NCBI GenBank assembly: GCA_017626145.1
Contig: JAGAJK010000077.1
Span: 15,004 to 79,003, forward strand
DNA length: 64,000 bases
Source of the DNA: Clostridia bacterium
Lineage (GTDB): Bacteria; Bacillota; Clostridia; RGIG6154
Reading direction: 5' to 3'
Shown here in pieces: positions 36,681 through 47,047 of the stretch. Both the position numbers and the translations under genes were made by a program. A model generated the notes under the pieces. The model was not told where the DNA came from, searched no databases, and saw only the letters and a program-made list of their open reading frames with translations. Numbering within the stretch: position 1 is the first letter of the stretch; each line of letters starts with the position of its first letter.

Positions 36681-38696
36681 ATGATTAAAATTGAAAATGC
36701 TTTAAAAGATTTAAAAGAACAAGATCCTTCTCTTGAGGCACACCTTGAAGATGTGAAAATGCATCTTGAACGTTTTAACAACCGCAGAGAAGAGCTTATC
36801 CAAGACAGCACCATAATCGATGTTGCAAATGGCTATATGTATTTTGGATTTCACAGAACAAAGGATGGTTGGGTATTTCGTGAGTGGCTCCCTGGAGCGG
36901 ATGCTGTGTGGTTGTATGGCGATTTTAACAAATGGTTAAAATATGAATATCCGCTTACCTGCATAGGTGATGGAGTGTGGGAGATAAAGCTCAAAGGTAA
37001 AAATGTTCTTAAACATGGTCAGTTTGTAAAGCTTATCGTTGGAAGAGATGAAAATTCATTTGAACGTATTCCTTCGTATATACGACGTGCGGTGCTTGAT
37101 GTAAATACAGCATCTATGTGTGGGCAGATATGGATGCCCGATAAACCTTTTAAATGGTCAGATGGCAGATGGTATGGCAAACGCAGTCATAAATCACCTC
37201 TTGTTTATGAAGCTCATATAGGTATGGCACAGGAACACGGTGGTATCGGAACATACAGAGAGTTTGCCGATAATAACCTTGAATGGATAAATGAACTTGG
37301 CTATAATACAGTTCAGCTTATGGCAATTCAGGAGCATCCTTATTACGCATCCTTCGGATATCAGGTAACGAATTTTTTTGCACCGTCTCACAGATACGGT
37401 ACGCCTGAAGATTTAAAATATCTTATTAATAAAGCTCACAAGATGGGTATTGCGGTAATTCTTGATGTTGTCCACAGTCACGCATGTGCAAATGAAGGGG
37501 AAGGACTGCATTTTCAGGACGGAACAGAGAATCAGTATTTTCTGGAAGGTGAACGTGGATGGCATAAAGCGTGGAAGACACGTTGCTTCGATTATTCTAA
37601 AACAGAAGTATTGCATTTTCTGCTTTCTAATCTGAAATACTGGCAGGAGGAATTCCATTTTGACGGTTTCCGTTTTGACGGTGTAACATCAATGCTTTAT
37701 GAAAATCACGGCATTGATTCTGCATTTACCTCATATAATCAGTACTATTCTTTAAATACGAATATAGATGCGCGAATTTATTTGACCCTTGCAAATGAAT
37801 TGATTCATACTGTAAACGAAAAAGCAATTACTATTGCTGAAGATATGAGCGGAATGCCCGGTATGTGTCTTGCAAAAGAAAGCGGTGGTTTTGGTTTCGA
37901 TTACCGACTTTCTATGGGCGTACCTGATATGTGGATAAAGCTAATAAAAGAACAACCAATGGAAAAATGGGATGTTATGTACATATGGAACGAGCTTACA
38001 AGCAGACGCCAAGGGGAAAAAGAAATTTGTTATTGCGAATCTCACGATCAGGCACTTGTGGGAGATAAAACCATAATGTTTCGTCTTGCTGATTCTCAGA
38101 TGTATGATGGAATGCATAAACGGTATCATAGCTTGGTAATTGATACCGCTGTGGATATGCACAAACTGATTCGTTTTTTAACCATAGCAACTGCAGACAG
38201 CGGTTATCTTGATTTTATGGGTAATGAATTTGGCCATCCGGAGTGGATTGATTTCCCTCGTGAGGGTAATAACTGGAGCTATCATTATGCAAGAAGACAA
38301 TGGTCACTTGTAAAAAATGATGAATTAAAATACAAGTATCTCGCAAACTTTGACAGGGATATGATACATTTTGTTACGGTGAACAATGTGCTTTACGGAA
38401 GAAAGCCTGAATGTATGTGGCTTGATCAGCAGAAAAATACTATGATATTTAAACGAAATAATCTTATATATATATTTAACCTGCATCCGTTACAGTCTTT
38501 TGAAGACGTTTTTATAAGCTGTGCTTCAACGGGAGGAAAATATAAAGTTGTTTTTTCCACAGATGATGGGATATACGGAGGTCAGGAGCGTATTTCAAAA
38601 CAACATATTTATACTGCGGTAAACGATGAATTCGGAACAGGCTTCAGAATATACATTCCGTGCCGTACAGCTGCTGTTATCCAAAAGTGTAAATAA
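36681..38696 (+). CDS. glgB: 1,4-alpha-glucan branching enzyme (GH13)
   Basis: GH13 catalytic blocks (ILDVVHSHA, GFRFDGVTSM, EDMSG, YCESHDQ). A GGAGG RBS lies 9 nt upstream of the ATG at 36681. Confidence 0.88.
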   Translation: MIKIENALKDLKEQDPSLEAHLEDVKMHLERFNNRREELIQDSTIIDVANGYMYFGFHRTKDGWVFREWLPGADAVWLYGDFNKWLKYEYPLTCIGDGVWEIKLKGKNVLKHGQFVKLIVGRDENSFERIPSYIRRAVLDVNTASMCGQIWMPDKPFKWSDGRWYGKRSHKSPLVYEAHIGMAQEHGGIGTYREFADNNLEWINELGYNTVQLMAIQEHPYYASFGYQVTNFFAPSHRYGTPEDLKYLINKAHKMGIAVILDVVHSHACANEGEGLHFQDGTENQYFLEGERGWHKAWKTRCFDYSKTEVLHFLLSNLKYWQEEFHFDGFRFDGVTSMLYENHGIDSAFTSYNQYYSLNTNIDARIYLTLANELIHTVNEKAITIAEDMSGMPGMCLAKESGGFGFDYRLSMGVPDMWIKLIKEQPMEKWDVMYIWNELTSRRQGEKEICYCESHDQALVGDKTIMFRLADSQMYDGMHKRYHSLVIDTAVDMHKLIRFLTIATADSGYLDFMGNEFGHPEWIDFPREGNNWSYHYARRQWSLVKNDELKYKYLANFDRDMIHFVTVNNVLYGRKPECMWLDQQKNTMIFKRNNLIYIFNLHPLQSFEDVFISCASTGGKYKVVFSTDDGIYGGQERISKQHIYTAVNDEFGTGFRIYIPCRTAAVIQKCK

Positions 38697-38768
38697 TAAA
38701 CGTTCTTGACTAACATAGCTTAAAGTGTTATAATTGTGTGATAGAAGAAAGATTACGGAGGAAAATAG

Positions 38769-39857
38769 ATGAAGTATTCTAAGCAATTTGAATCAAAGAA
38801 AGAATTAGTACAAAGTAAAAAAGTTTGTGTTGGTTTTGACGGTTTTGTAGATTATGTTATCCGTCCTGTTAAAACAAGAGTAGATGAAAATAATTGTACA
38901 TATTTTCCTACTATAGATCAGTTTGGTGATAAAATTTCAAGCCTTGCAGGCAGAAGCGGAAATATTGAACTTATAATAAACAGTACAGATTTTGGCGGTT
39001 GCGGACCTCACTATGCAAACGGTCTTGCTAATATGGGTGTAAGTTGTACTTGTATCGGTGCTATGGGATATCCTGAAAAGAATTCGGTGTTTGCACTTAA
39101 CGAAAACTGTAAAACTGTAAGTATCAGCGAACCGGGGTATTCATATGTATTTGAATTTGGCGACGGCAAAATCATAATGAGTGATATTGAGAAAATAAGT
39201 AAACTCAGATGGAATGACCTTATTGAAAGAATCAGTATAGATGAAATGGTTGAATATTTCGAAGATGCGGATATAATAACTCTTGTAAACTGGAGCTATC
39301 TTGTTCATTTTCACGAAATATATGAGAAGTTTCTTGAATTAGTAATGCCTAAGCTTAAAAACAAGGACAGAAAGGTTTATATTGATATTGCGGACTGTGC
39401 GAAACGTCAGCCGGAAGAAATCAAAGCTGCACTTAAGATGTTTGGTGGTTACAGCAAGTACGCTCCCACATATCTCGGTCTTAATAAAAGTGAAGCTATG
39501 GTTATGCACTCTGTTCTTTGTGAAGGGGAATATGAAGGTTCATTACCTATAGCAAGAGCTATTAAAGAATATTCAGGTATAGGAACGGTAATAATTCATC
39601 CTGTTGACAGCTCCGCTGCTGTATTTGATGGCGGAGAAGTTGAGGTTCAGGGTGTATTGTGCGAAAATCCAAAGAAAACCACCGGCGGCGGGGATAACTT
39701 TAATTCAGGCTTCTGCGCAGGACTTTTGGCAGAACTGGATGTTAAGAGTTGTCTTATAAGCGGAATGAGTACATCTTATACTTATGTTAAGAATGGAAAA
39801 TGCAACAGCTTTGAAGCTATTTGTGAAACTATGAAGATGTTTGATGATAACGAATAA
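38769..39857 (+). CDS. PfkB/ribokinase-superfamily sugar kinase (possibly ADP-dependent kinase-like)
   Basis: C-terminal TTGGGDNFNSGFCAGL anion-hole/GG..D motif. Adjacent to glgB. Confidence 0.6.
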   Translation: MKYSKQFESKKELVQSKKVCVGFDGFVDYVIRPVKTRVDENNCTYFPTIDQFGDKISSLAGRSGNIELIINSTDFGGCGPHYANGLANMGVSCTCIGAMGYPEKNSVFALNENCKTVSISEPGYSYVFEFGDGKIIMSDIEKISKLRWNDLIERISIDEMVEYFEDADIITLVNWSYLVHFHEIYEKFLELVMPKLKNKDRKVYIDIADCAKRQPEEIKAALKMFGGYSKYAPTYLGLNKSEAMVMHSVLCEGEYEGSLPIARAIKEYSGIGTVIIHPVDSSAAVFDGGEVEVQGVLCENPKKTTGGGDNFNSGFCAGLLAELDVKSCLISGMSTSYTYVKNGKCNSFEAICETMKMFDDNE

Positions 39858-39861
39858 TATA

Positions 39862-39902
39862 ACAGCTAAAAGAGTAGCATTTGCTACTCTTTTTGTTTTT
39901 TT
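39862..39902 (+). terminator. Rho-independent terminator
   Basis: aaaagagtagcatttgctactctttttgttttttt. Confidence 0.8.
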
Positions 39903-39956
39903 CTTAAAACAGTAATAATATTTATAAATTCCGCCGATATTAAAAACGGTGATATA

Positions 39957-40340
39957 ATGAACAAAATTTTTAAAACTGTTACGTTTTTCTCTGTGGGCGG
40001 TATCGGGTACGGAATAATAGAAATACTCTGGCGAGGATATACTCATTGGTGTATGTTAATTGCAGGAGGTATATGTTTCGTTAACTTCTCATATATTGCA
40101 GAAAAATTCAAACGGAGATGTTTACTGTTTAAAGCAATGCTATGTGCGTTTAATATTACGGCTGTAGAGATGTTGTTTGGATTTGTATTTAATATTTGTT
40201 TGAAGAAAAAAGTGTGGGATTACAGTAATCAACCATTAAATTTTCTTGGGCAGATTTGTCCTTTGTATACTTTCTTGTGGGGAATACTTGGAGCTGTTTT
40301 TATTCCGTTAGCTGAAACATTAAATAAAAAAATAAGATAA
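39957..40340 (+). CDS. Small integral membrane protein of unknown function
   Basis: 127 aa with four predicted TM helices. Followed by a terminator (ttacgttgc....gcaacgtaa + T-run). Confidence 0.5.
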   Translation: MNKIFKTVTFFSVGGIGYGIIEILWRGYTHWCMLIAGGICFVNFSYIAEKFKRRCLLFKAMLCAFNITAVEMLFGFVFNICLKKKVWDYSNQPLNFLGQICPLYTFLWGILGAVFIPLAETLNKKIR

Positions 40341-40435
40341 TTACGTTGCCCCCCCAAAACTGCAACGTAACTTTTTTTGACAATTTTATGTTTTTGTAGT
40401 ATAATATATTATTATTTATTTGTGGAGGTACAAAC

Positions 40436-41680
40436 GTGAATAAGTATAAGGATTTTGATAATTATTTAAAAGAATATCCAAGTGAAGATGGCTTTTTTGG
40501 TAGCTACGGTGGCTCATACCAGGCAGAAGAGCTTATTGAAGCATTTAAGGAAGCAGATGATGCTTATGAAGCAATTTGTCATTCTGCGCAGTTTATAAAT
40601 GAATTAAGAAGAATCAGAAAAGAATTTCAGGGAAGACCTACACCGGTTTACCATTGCGAAAGACTTTCAAAAATTTTCGGAAATTGCCAGATTTATTTAA
40701 AGAGAGAAGATTTAAATCATACAGGTGCTCATAAATTAAATCATTGTATGGGTGAAGGTCTGCTTGCAAAATACATCGGCAAGAAGAAGCTTATTGCTGA
40801 AACGGGTGCAGGTCAGCACGGTGTTGCTATTGCAACTGCTGCGGCATATTTCGGTATGGAATGCGATGTTTATATGGGTGAAGTTGATATTGAAAAACAG
40901 CACCCTAACGTTGTTCGTATGAAAATGCTTGGTGCAAATGTTATTCCTGTAACAAAAGGACTTAAAACATTAAAAGAAGCTTGTGATGCTGCATTTGAAG
41001 CATATCTTAAGGAATATAAGGATGCAATTTATTGCATCGGTACAGCTGCAGGTCCTCATCCTTTCCCAAAAATTGTAAGAGATTTTCAGTCTGTAATAGG
41101 TATCGAAGCACGTGAACAGTTTTTAGAAATGACAGGTATTATGCCTGATGCTGTTTGTGCTTGTGTTGGCGGTGGTTCAAATTCATTGGGAATGTTCATA
41201 CCATTTCTTTCAGACCCTGTTGAAATTTACGGTGTTGAACCTTTAGGAAGAGGTTCGGGAATAGGTGACCATGCAGCAACTATGGCATATGGTACAAAAG
41301 GTATTATTCATGGATATTCAAGCTATGTTCTTCAGGATGAAAACGGTGAACCGTTGCCGGTATATTCTATTGCCAGCGGTCTTGACTATCCGGGTGTAGG
41401 GCCTGAACACGCACATCTTCGTGATCTTGGCAGAGTTCACTACGAAACTGTTTCCGACGAAGAGGCAATGGAAGCATTCTTCCTTCTTTCAAGATACGAG
41501 GGTATTATTCCTGCGATTGAAAGTGCTCATGCAGTTGCATATGCGATTCGTTATGCAAAAGAACATAAATCAGGCTCAATTCTTGTTTCTCTTTCAGGAA
41601 GAGGGGATAAGGATATTGATTATGTTTATGAAAAATACGGTTGCGGCGAACAGTTTAAGCTTGACTATGAGGTGAAATAA
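40436..41680 (+). CDS. trpB: Tryptophan synthase beta-chain-like PLP enzyme (TrpB2-type, stand-alone)
   Basis: [12 protein letters not shown]-lysine motif and GAGQHGVA. Length about 414 aa. No trpA adjacent. GTG start after a GGAGG RBS. Confidence 0.8.
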   Translation: MNKYKDFDNYLKEYPSEDGFFGSYGGSYQAEELIEAFKEADDAYEAICHSAQFINELRRIRKEFQGRPTPVYHCERLSKIFGNCQIYLKREDLNHTGAHKLNHCMGEGLLAKYIGKKKLIAETGAGQHGVAIATAAAYFGMECDVYMGEVDIEKQHPNVVRMKMLGANVIPVTKGLKTLKEACDAAFEAYLKEYKDAIYCIGTAAGPHPFPKIVRDFQSVIGIEAREQFLEMTGIMPDAVCACVGGGSNSLGMFIPFLSDPVEIYGVEPLGRGSGIGDHAATMAYGTKGIIHGYSSYVLQDENGEPLPVYSIASGLDYPGVGPEHAHLRDLGRVHYETVSDEEAMEAFFLLSRYEGIIPAIESAHAVAYAIRYAKEHKSGSILVSLSGRGDKDIDYVYEKYGCGEQFKLDYEVK

Positions 41681-42327
41681 TGACCACTTTGTTATTAGTT
41701 CGTCACGGTCAGAGTGTTGCAAACCTTGAAACAAGATTTGTCGGACATATAGATGCTGACTTAACCGATACCGGGATGTTACAAGCAAAAGAAACCGCTA
41801 AATTTATCGCTGAGAATTATAAAGTAAGTAAAGTATATGCCAGTGATTTAAAAAGAGCGTACAAGACAGGAAAAGCTGTTTCTGACCTGCTTGGCGTTGA
41901 AATTATCGGCAATAAAAATTTGCGTGAGATTTACGCAGGTAACTGGGAAGGGAATAAATTCGATGACCTTGCGGTGATATATAAAGAGCAATACGGATTA
42001 TGGCTTTCTGATATCGGAAAGGCTGCTCCGGAAAACGGAGAAACCGTAAAAGAGCTTGGCGATAGAATTTATGCAGAACTTAATGAAATAGCTACCCAAA
42101 ATGATGGTAAAACTATCGTTATTGCCACCCATGCAACGCCTGTAAGAGTGATGCAAAGCCTTGTTCAGACAGGCAGTCTTGACGGAATGAAAAATATTCC
42201 GTGGGTTTCTAATGCATCGGTTACAGAATTGTTCTTCGATAACGGTTTATTCCATTTTGGTAAAATAAGTCAGGATAATCATCTTGGAGATTTAAAAACA
42301 TATTTTGCAAAAAATGTTAAAGTTTAA
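41680..42327 (+). CDS. Histidine phosphatase family protein (phosphoglycerate mutase-like)
   Basis: LLLVRHGQSVAN RHG motif. Start overlaps the trpB stop (ATGA). Confidence 0.8.
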   Translation: MTTLLLVRHGQSVANLETRFVGHIDADLTDTGMLQAKETAKFIAENYKVSKVYASDLKRAYKTGKAVSDLLGVEIIGNKNLREIYAGNWEGNKFDDLAVIYKEQYGLWLSDIGKAAPENGETVKELGDRIYAELNEIATQNDGKTIVIATHATPVRVMQSLVQTGSLDGMKNIPWVSNASVTELFFDNGLFHFGKISQDNHLGDLKTYFAKNVKV

Positions 42328-42334
42328 TACATTT

Positions 42335-42368
42335 AAAAAGGTCTGTAAAAAATCTTTGATTTTTTACA
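42335..42368. terminator. Bidirectional terminator
   Basis: aaaaaggtctgtaaaaaatctttgattttttacagacctttcg. Confidence 0.8.
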
Positions 42369-42383
42369 GACCTTTCGTTTGTT

Positions 42384-43388
42384 TTATTTGAATAAATACT
42401 CGGTAGTTGTATCGTATCTTTCCCCTTTTTTCAAAACAGGAGAAGGGAAATGTGTGTAATTAATTGCATTTGGAAAGCCCTGTGTTTCAAGACAAAAACC
42501 TTCGTGAATTTTGTATGTTGCACCATCTTTGCATGGAAGAGGCTCATCAAGCCCGTTTGATGTGTAGAGTTGAACTCCCATCTGGTCGGTATATCCCTCC
42601 ATAGTAATACCGCTTATATCACCCTTAGCTTCGCAGAATTTTCTGTAGCCTGATGAATTTATAATAAAGTTGTGGTCATAGCCACCAAACATTTTGATTT
42701 GTTCATCATCACTTTCGAATCCGGCTCCGATTTTTTTAGCGGTCGTAAAATCAAATGGAGTTCCTTTAACATTTAAAATCTCACCGTTTGGATAACAATC
42801 TTTAACGTTAGGTGTAAAGTAATCTGCATTAAGGAAAAGTGTGTGATTATCAATTACACCGCTTTTGTGACCGTTCAAATTAAAGTATGTATGATTTGTC
42901 ATATTCATAATTGTATCAGCATCACAAACACCTTCGTAATGAATATTAATTGAGTTTTTCTTTGTAAGTGTATAAGTTACTTTGATTTTAGCGTTTCCCG
43001 GAAATCCTTCTTCTCCATCAGGACTATCTAAAGTAAGGATCAATTCAGGTTCTTCTGAATCGTTAATTTCGTAATGCCAGACTCTGTGAGAGTAACCTGT
43101 TATTCCACCGTGCAAATTGGCTTCTCCGTTGTTTTTTGCAAGATTGTAAGTTTTACCGTTTAAAGTAAATTCAGCACCTGAAATACGGTTTGAATTTCTT
43201 CCTACCAACGCACCTAAATATCCTTCGTTTTCAGTATAATCTTCTCTTCCGAGAACAACATCGGTATCTTTGAAAATAAGACTTTTCACAATTCCGCCAA
43301 GATTTAGAATTTCAGCTTTTAAATCCTTGCCGTTATCTAACGTGAAAAGATAAATGTTGTCTTTAATTAAAGTTTTCGTAATACTCAT
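42384..43388 (-). CDS. galM: Aldose 1-epimerase (galactose mutarotase)
   Basis: Typical mutarotase motifs (GRNSNRI, NLHGG, catalytic H/E regions). Confidence 0.8.
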   Translation of the reverse strand: MSITKTLIKDNIYLFTLDNGKDLKAEILNLGGIVKSLIFKDTDVVLGREDYTENEGYLGALVGRNSNRISGAEFTLNGKTYNLAKNNGEANLHGGITGYSHRVWHYEINDSEEPELILTLDSPDGEEGFPGNAKIKVTYTLTKKNSINIHYEGVCDADTIMNMTNHTYFNLNGHKSGVIDNHTLFLNADYFTPNVKDCYPNGEILNVKGTPFDFTTAKKIGAGFESDDEQIKMFGGYDHNFIINSSGYRKFCEAKGDISGITMEGYTDQMGVQLYTSNGLDEPLPCKDGATYKIHEGFCLETQGFPNAINYTHFPSPVLKKGERYDTTTEYLFK

Positions 43389-43540
43389 ATTATCACCTCA
43401 TTTGTATTAATGATATTTTAGCATAAAATCATAGTAAAAGCAATATGTAAACAAATTACAGTTTGTATTCTTCTAAGAATTGCACTAAAAATGTCCTCTG
43501 TATAAGTTTGGCTGCAAAACAAATCTTTGAGCTTCGCACC

Positions 43541-43623
43541 TTTACAAGGTTCGAGCCCTCAATATTTAAACAAACAAAAAGCTCCCATAGGGGAGCCTTT
43601 TGTTTGGCGTGCCTGAGAGGACG
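43541..43623 (-). repeat. Direct repeat copying the 3' 18 nt of tRNA-Arg, its terminator hairpin and about 35 nt of 3' flank (att-like partial tRNA duplication)
   Basis: 43541-43623 is near-identical to 43741-43823 (ACAAGGTTCGAG.CCT..AT.TTTAA.CAAACAAAAAGCTCCCATAGGGGAGCCTTTTGTTTGGCGTGCCTGAGAGGAC). Confidence 0.8.
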
Positions 43624-43805
43624 CATATTGCAAAGCAATCTGCCGTGCTTGTCGACCCAAAAGCAAGCTTTTCGGTACCCGACTACGCACCGAAAAATTA
43701 AAAAACTTGCCACAGGCAACTTTTTATTAACATTTTTCGCCTTCACAAGGTTCGAGTCCTTCATTATTTAACAAACAAAAAGCTCCCATAGGGGAGCCTT
43801 TTGTT

Positions 43806-43882
43806 TGGCGTGCCTGAGAGGACTCGAACCTCCCGCACACAGTTTAGGAAACTGTTGCTCTATCCGGATGAGCTACAGGCAC
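43806..43882 (-). tRNA. tRNA-Arg(CCU)
   Basis: Reverse complement GTGCCTGTAGCTCATCCGGATAGAGCAACAGTTTCCTAAACTGTGTGCGGGAGGTTCGAGTCCTCTCAGGCACGCCA. The terminator hairpin GGCTCCCCTATGGGAGC follows on the minus strand. Confidence 0.85.
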
Positions 43883-44014
43883 ATAACTATTATATTTTAC
43901 GACGAAATTAAGTATTTGTCAATTCTTTTTGAAAAAATGCCAAATTTTCTGTACATAAATGCAAATTGTTGACATTGATACTTTTAAACTATATAATCTA
44001 TATTAGAGTATTCC

Positions 44015-44857
44015 GTGGACGGTGATTCTATGATTATTAATTTTGATAAAGAAAAACTTCAGAAAATAGTTGATGATTTTGTTAATCTGACAGGAATCGG
44101 TCTTTCTGTTTTGAATCATAATTATGAATATATTGCAAGTAACGTTGAATGTGATTTTTGTTCTCTTGTTCATAAAACCAACGACGGTGCGGCTAAATGT
44201 AGAAAATGTGATAAGGAAATATTGGAAAGATGTACTAAAAGCAGAAAAATTGAATCGCATATATGCCACGCGGGATTATTGGAAACAGTAGTACCTATAA
44301 TCAAGAATGATATAATTTTAGGTTATGTATTTCCGGGGCGTATGCGTTGCGAAGAAAATTTTGAAAAGGTGTTTCAAAATCTGAACGTTGCAAACAAGGA
44401 AGAGTTTAAAAAAGCTTTTTATAAGCTACAATATCGTGATGATGATAAAATTAAAAGTGCCGCAAGTCTTTCTGAAATATTAACAACATATATTTTGACC
44501 GAGAAATTTATAAATTTTGAGTATAATCCGGTAATAGATGCGATTGAGAAATATGTAGAGGAGAATATGGACAAAAATATTTCTGTTGATGATTTATGTA
44601 AGAAATTATATATTTCCAAAAGTATGATTTACAAAAATTTCAGAAGCTCAATGAACTGTACTGTACATGAGTATATAATCGATAAAAGAATTCAAAAAGC
44701 TAAAGAGTTGCTTTGTAATTCGTCTTATTCAGTAAACAATGTGGCGGAAATGGTAGGGATAAGAAATTATACTTACTTTTCAAAATTATTCAAAAAGAAA
44801 ACTGGTATATCTCCGTTGCGTTACAGAAAAGAAGTTACCGCAAATTCGGGGGTCTGA
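44015..44857 (+). CDS. AraC-family transcriptional regulator with an N-terminal PocR-like sensory domain
   Basis: Cys/His-containing N-terminal ligand-sensing domain (CDFCSLVHK...CRKCDKE...HICHAGL) plus a C-terminal AraC HTH (VAEMVGIRNYTYFSKLFKKKTGISP). Confidence 0.75.
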   Translation: MDGDSMIINFDKEKLQKIVDDFVNLTGIGLSVLNHNYEYIASNVECDFCSLVHKTNDGAAKCRKCDKEILERCTKSRKIESHICHAGLLETVVPIIKNDIILGYVFPGRMRCEENFEKVFQNLNVANKEEFKKAFYKLQYRDDDKIKSAASLSEILTTYILTEKFINFEYNPVIDAIEKYVEENMDKNISVDDLCKKLYISKSMIYKNFRSSMNCTVHEYIIDKRIQKAKELLCNSSYSVNNVAEMVGIRNYTYFSKLFKKKTGISPLRYRKEVTANSGV

Positions 44858-44913
44858 ATTTTTTGTTCTGCATATAAAAACAAAAACAGTCGCAAAAGCG
44901 ACTGTTTTTAGTT

Positions 44914-45045
44914 TGGTTGCAGGGACGGGACTTGAATACCCCAAGGGCACTTCCTCACTTCGTTCGGGGCGCCACGCGACCTGCGTTGTATCGTTAGTTG
45001 GGTGCAGACCGACCTTATAACCCGAAGGTCGCATGCTTAGTCTGT
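44914..45045 (-). pseudogene. Degenerate tRNA-fMet-like copy (pseudo-tRNA) with an intact 3' acceptor/T-arm half, a 35-nt insertion before the T-arm and a diverged 5' half
   Basis: Minus strand reads ...GCAGGTCGCGTGG[CGCCCCGAACGAAGTGAGGAAGTGCCCTTGGGGTA]TTCAAGTCCCGTCCCTGCAACCA, compared with authentic ...GAAGGTCGCGTGGTTCAAGTCCCGTCCCCGCAACCA. About 68 bp of 3' flank, including the terminator, are also duplicated (44869-44936 versus 45047-45116). Confidence 0.6.
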
Positions 45046-45093
45046 GTTCTGCATACAAAACAAAAACAGCCGCAAAAGCGACTGTTTTCAGTT

Positions 45094-45170
<77 letters not shown>

Positions 45171-45307
45171 ATATAGAGTTGTTTCTTGCAACTATTAAAT
45201 AATACCATAATTTTGTCTCTTTGTCAATACTTTTTTCAAATTAATTATTTTAATCCGTCGACAAATTTTTTATTGAATGAGAAGAAGTCAGGTGTGAAAT
45301 TTACGAT

Positions 45308-46206
45308 TTAACATATAAACGGCAGAAGTATCATTGATTCGATATTGTCGTTAAATATTTTATCAAATTGTGAAAAGTTTAAAGGATTTTTTCCTTTTCC
45401 AAGCTCAACTGTGTAGGCGGGCTTATTGAATTTATCTATAAACCAGTCCTTGCATCCGCCAAATGATGCAATTCCTTCGACGTTATCAAGAGTGTATCCC
45501 GTTTTTCGGCTTAATATTTTTCCTAATTCCTTACTGTTTTTTGGAACTTTGGAATTATAGTCATAGTAAATAACTTCGCCCTGACTATGATAAGTTATTA
45601 ATAACGAAAGGGGAGTCTGACGTATATAATCACATAATGACTTTACTTCAGGCTCACTTTCAGGATATGGTCCACCGTAACGTGTGTTTGACGGACCTTT
45701 TACACCGTATTTCTGTTCAAGTGCTTTAGCTTTTTCAAAGCCGGCATCGTAATTGTGATTTAAATCTACCCCATTAGCATTTGCTTGCCATTTAAAAGAA
45801 AAGTCATCACCTTTATTCCATTCAATTAACTTTTCATATAAAGTATGATCCACTATTTTATTGTTTATTATATCAATGCCGTCCGGATTAAGCATTGGCA
45901 TTATGTGAAAAGTGACTTCTTGTAAAAGTTCAGATATGCTGTATGATAAATATCTTGTTTTACTGTTGGCTGAATTTAAAATACAATATGAAAATTTCAT
46001 CAAAAGGGAAGCGGATATCCACTCAAGTGAATGATGAGTTCCTATATAACATATATTCTTTTTTCCGTGACCTATTTTAAGACAGTAAATATTTTTACTT
46101 AAAACGCTTTTTCCTATAATTTTAACTTTTATATCTCCAAAAACAGAAAGTTTTTCGATATCAGAAACCATTTTGTCATAATCATAATTATTTTCATTAA
46201 AATACA
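45308..46206 (-). CDS. M14-family zinc carboxypeptidase (gamma-D-glutamyl-meso-diaminopimelate peptidase-like)
   Basis: HHSLEW (HxxE zinc ligands) and MLNPDG motifs. An AAGGGTGA RBS precedes the ATG at 46206 (MYFNENNYD). Confidence 0.75.
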
Positions 46207-46263
46207 TAAGTATCACCCTTATTATTATATATCTAAGAGTTTTATAGGTGAAAAAAATAACCA

Positions 46264-47046
46264 TTAATCAATGGTTATTATTTTTGAATGTTCATATTTA
46301 GTTGCTATATCAAGTGAAAATTCCTTTTCTTGATAGCCCATGAAAATCAAACAGTCACGCACTGTATTATACGCTATTGTTGTCATATTGTTATTTGAGC
46401 TTATATGTCCCAGCATAAATTTTCTTGTGCCTGAATTTGCAAGTGAACAAGCAAGCTTTCCGCAGTCGTCGTTGGATAAATGCCCTATTTCTGAAGCGAT
46501 TCTCCGCTTTGTTTCCATAGGATAGCTTCCGTACATAAGCATTTTTAAATCGTAGTTCGATTCGATGAAAGCAAAGTTGCAACCATTGCACTTTTTTATA
46601 ATTTCGTTAGTAACAAAACCAAGATCTGTCATAACAACAATTTTGCTGTTTTCATGTTGGAATATGTAACCGCAAGAATCAGGGGAATCATGGGATGTTT
46701 TAACAACGGAAATTTCCAAGTCTCCGATGTGGAAAACCTCCTCGTCGATTATTGTGTATTTGTCAATCTTGCTATCGTAATTTAAGATGCTTTTCATTGT
46801 AGGCATACTTGCATAAACAGGAATTTTAAGTTTCCTTGAAATTACGCCAATACCGCTTATGTGATCACTATGGTCGTGAGTAACCAGAACAGCTTTAATT
46901 TTATCAGAATTTTTATCTATTTCTTTTAGTGTATCGATAACTTTTTTACCGCTGATGCCGCAATCAACCAGCACAGCAACATCGGGAGTTTCTACATACA
47001 GACAGTTGCCGCTGCTGCCACTGGCAAGTGAACAAAATTGTATCAT
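46264..47046 (-). CDS. MBL-fold metallo-hydrolase (YycJ/WalJ-like)
   Basis: SLASGSSGNCLYVE...LVDCG and THDHSDH metal-binding motifs. Confidence 0.8.
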   Translation of the reverse strand: MIQFCSLASGSSGNCLYVETPDVAVLVDCGISGKKVIDTLKEIDKNSDKIKAVLVTHDHSDHISGIGVISRKLKIPVYASMPTMKSILNYDSKIDKYTIIDEEVFHIGDLEISVVKTSHDSPDSCGYIFQHENSKIVVMTDLGFVTNEIIKKCNGCNFAFIESNYDLKMLMYGSYPMETKRRIASEIGHLSNDDCGKLACSLANSGTRKFMLGHISSNNNMTTIAYNTVRDCLIFMGYQEKEFSLDIATKYEHSKIITID

Positions 47047-47047
47047 T

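Noticed and set aside
43456-43771. Two 102-aa ORFs (one per strand) spanning the tRNA-Arg flank
   Set aside because: They overlap the duplicated tRNA 3' end and terminator repeats, have no RBS and low-complexity translations, and are consistent with non-coding att-like sequence.
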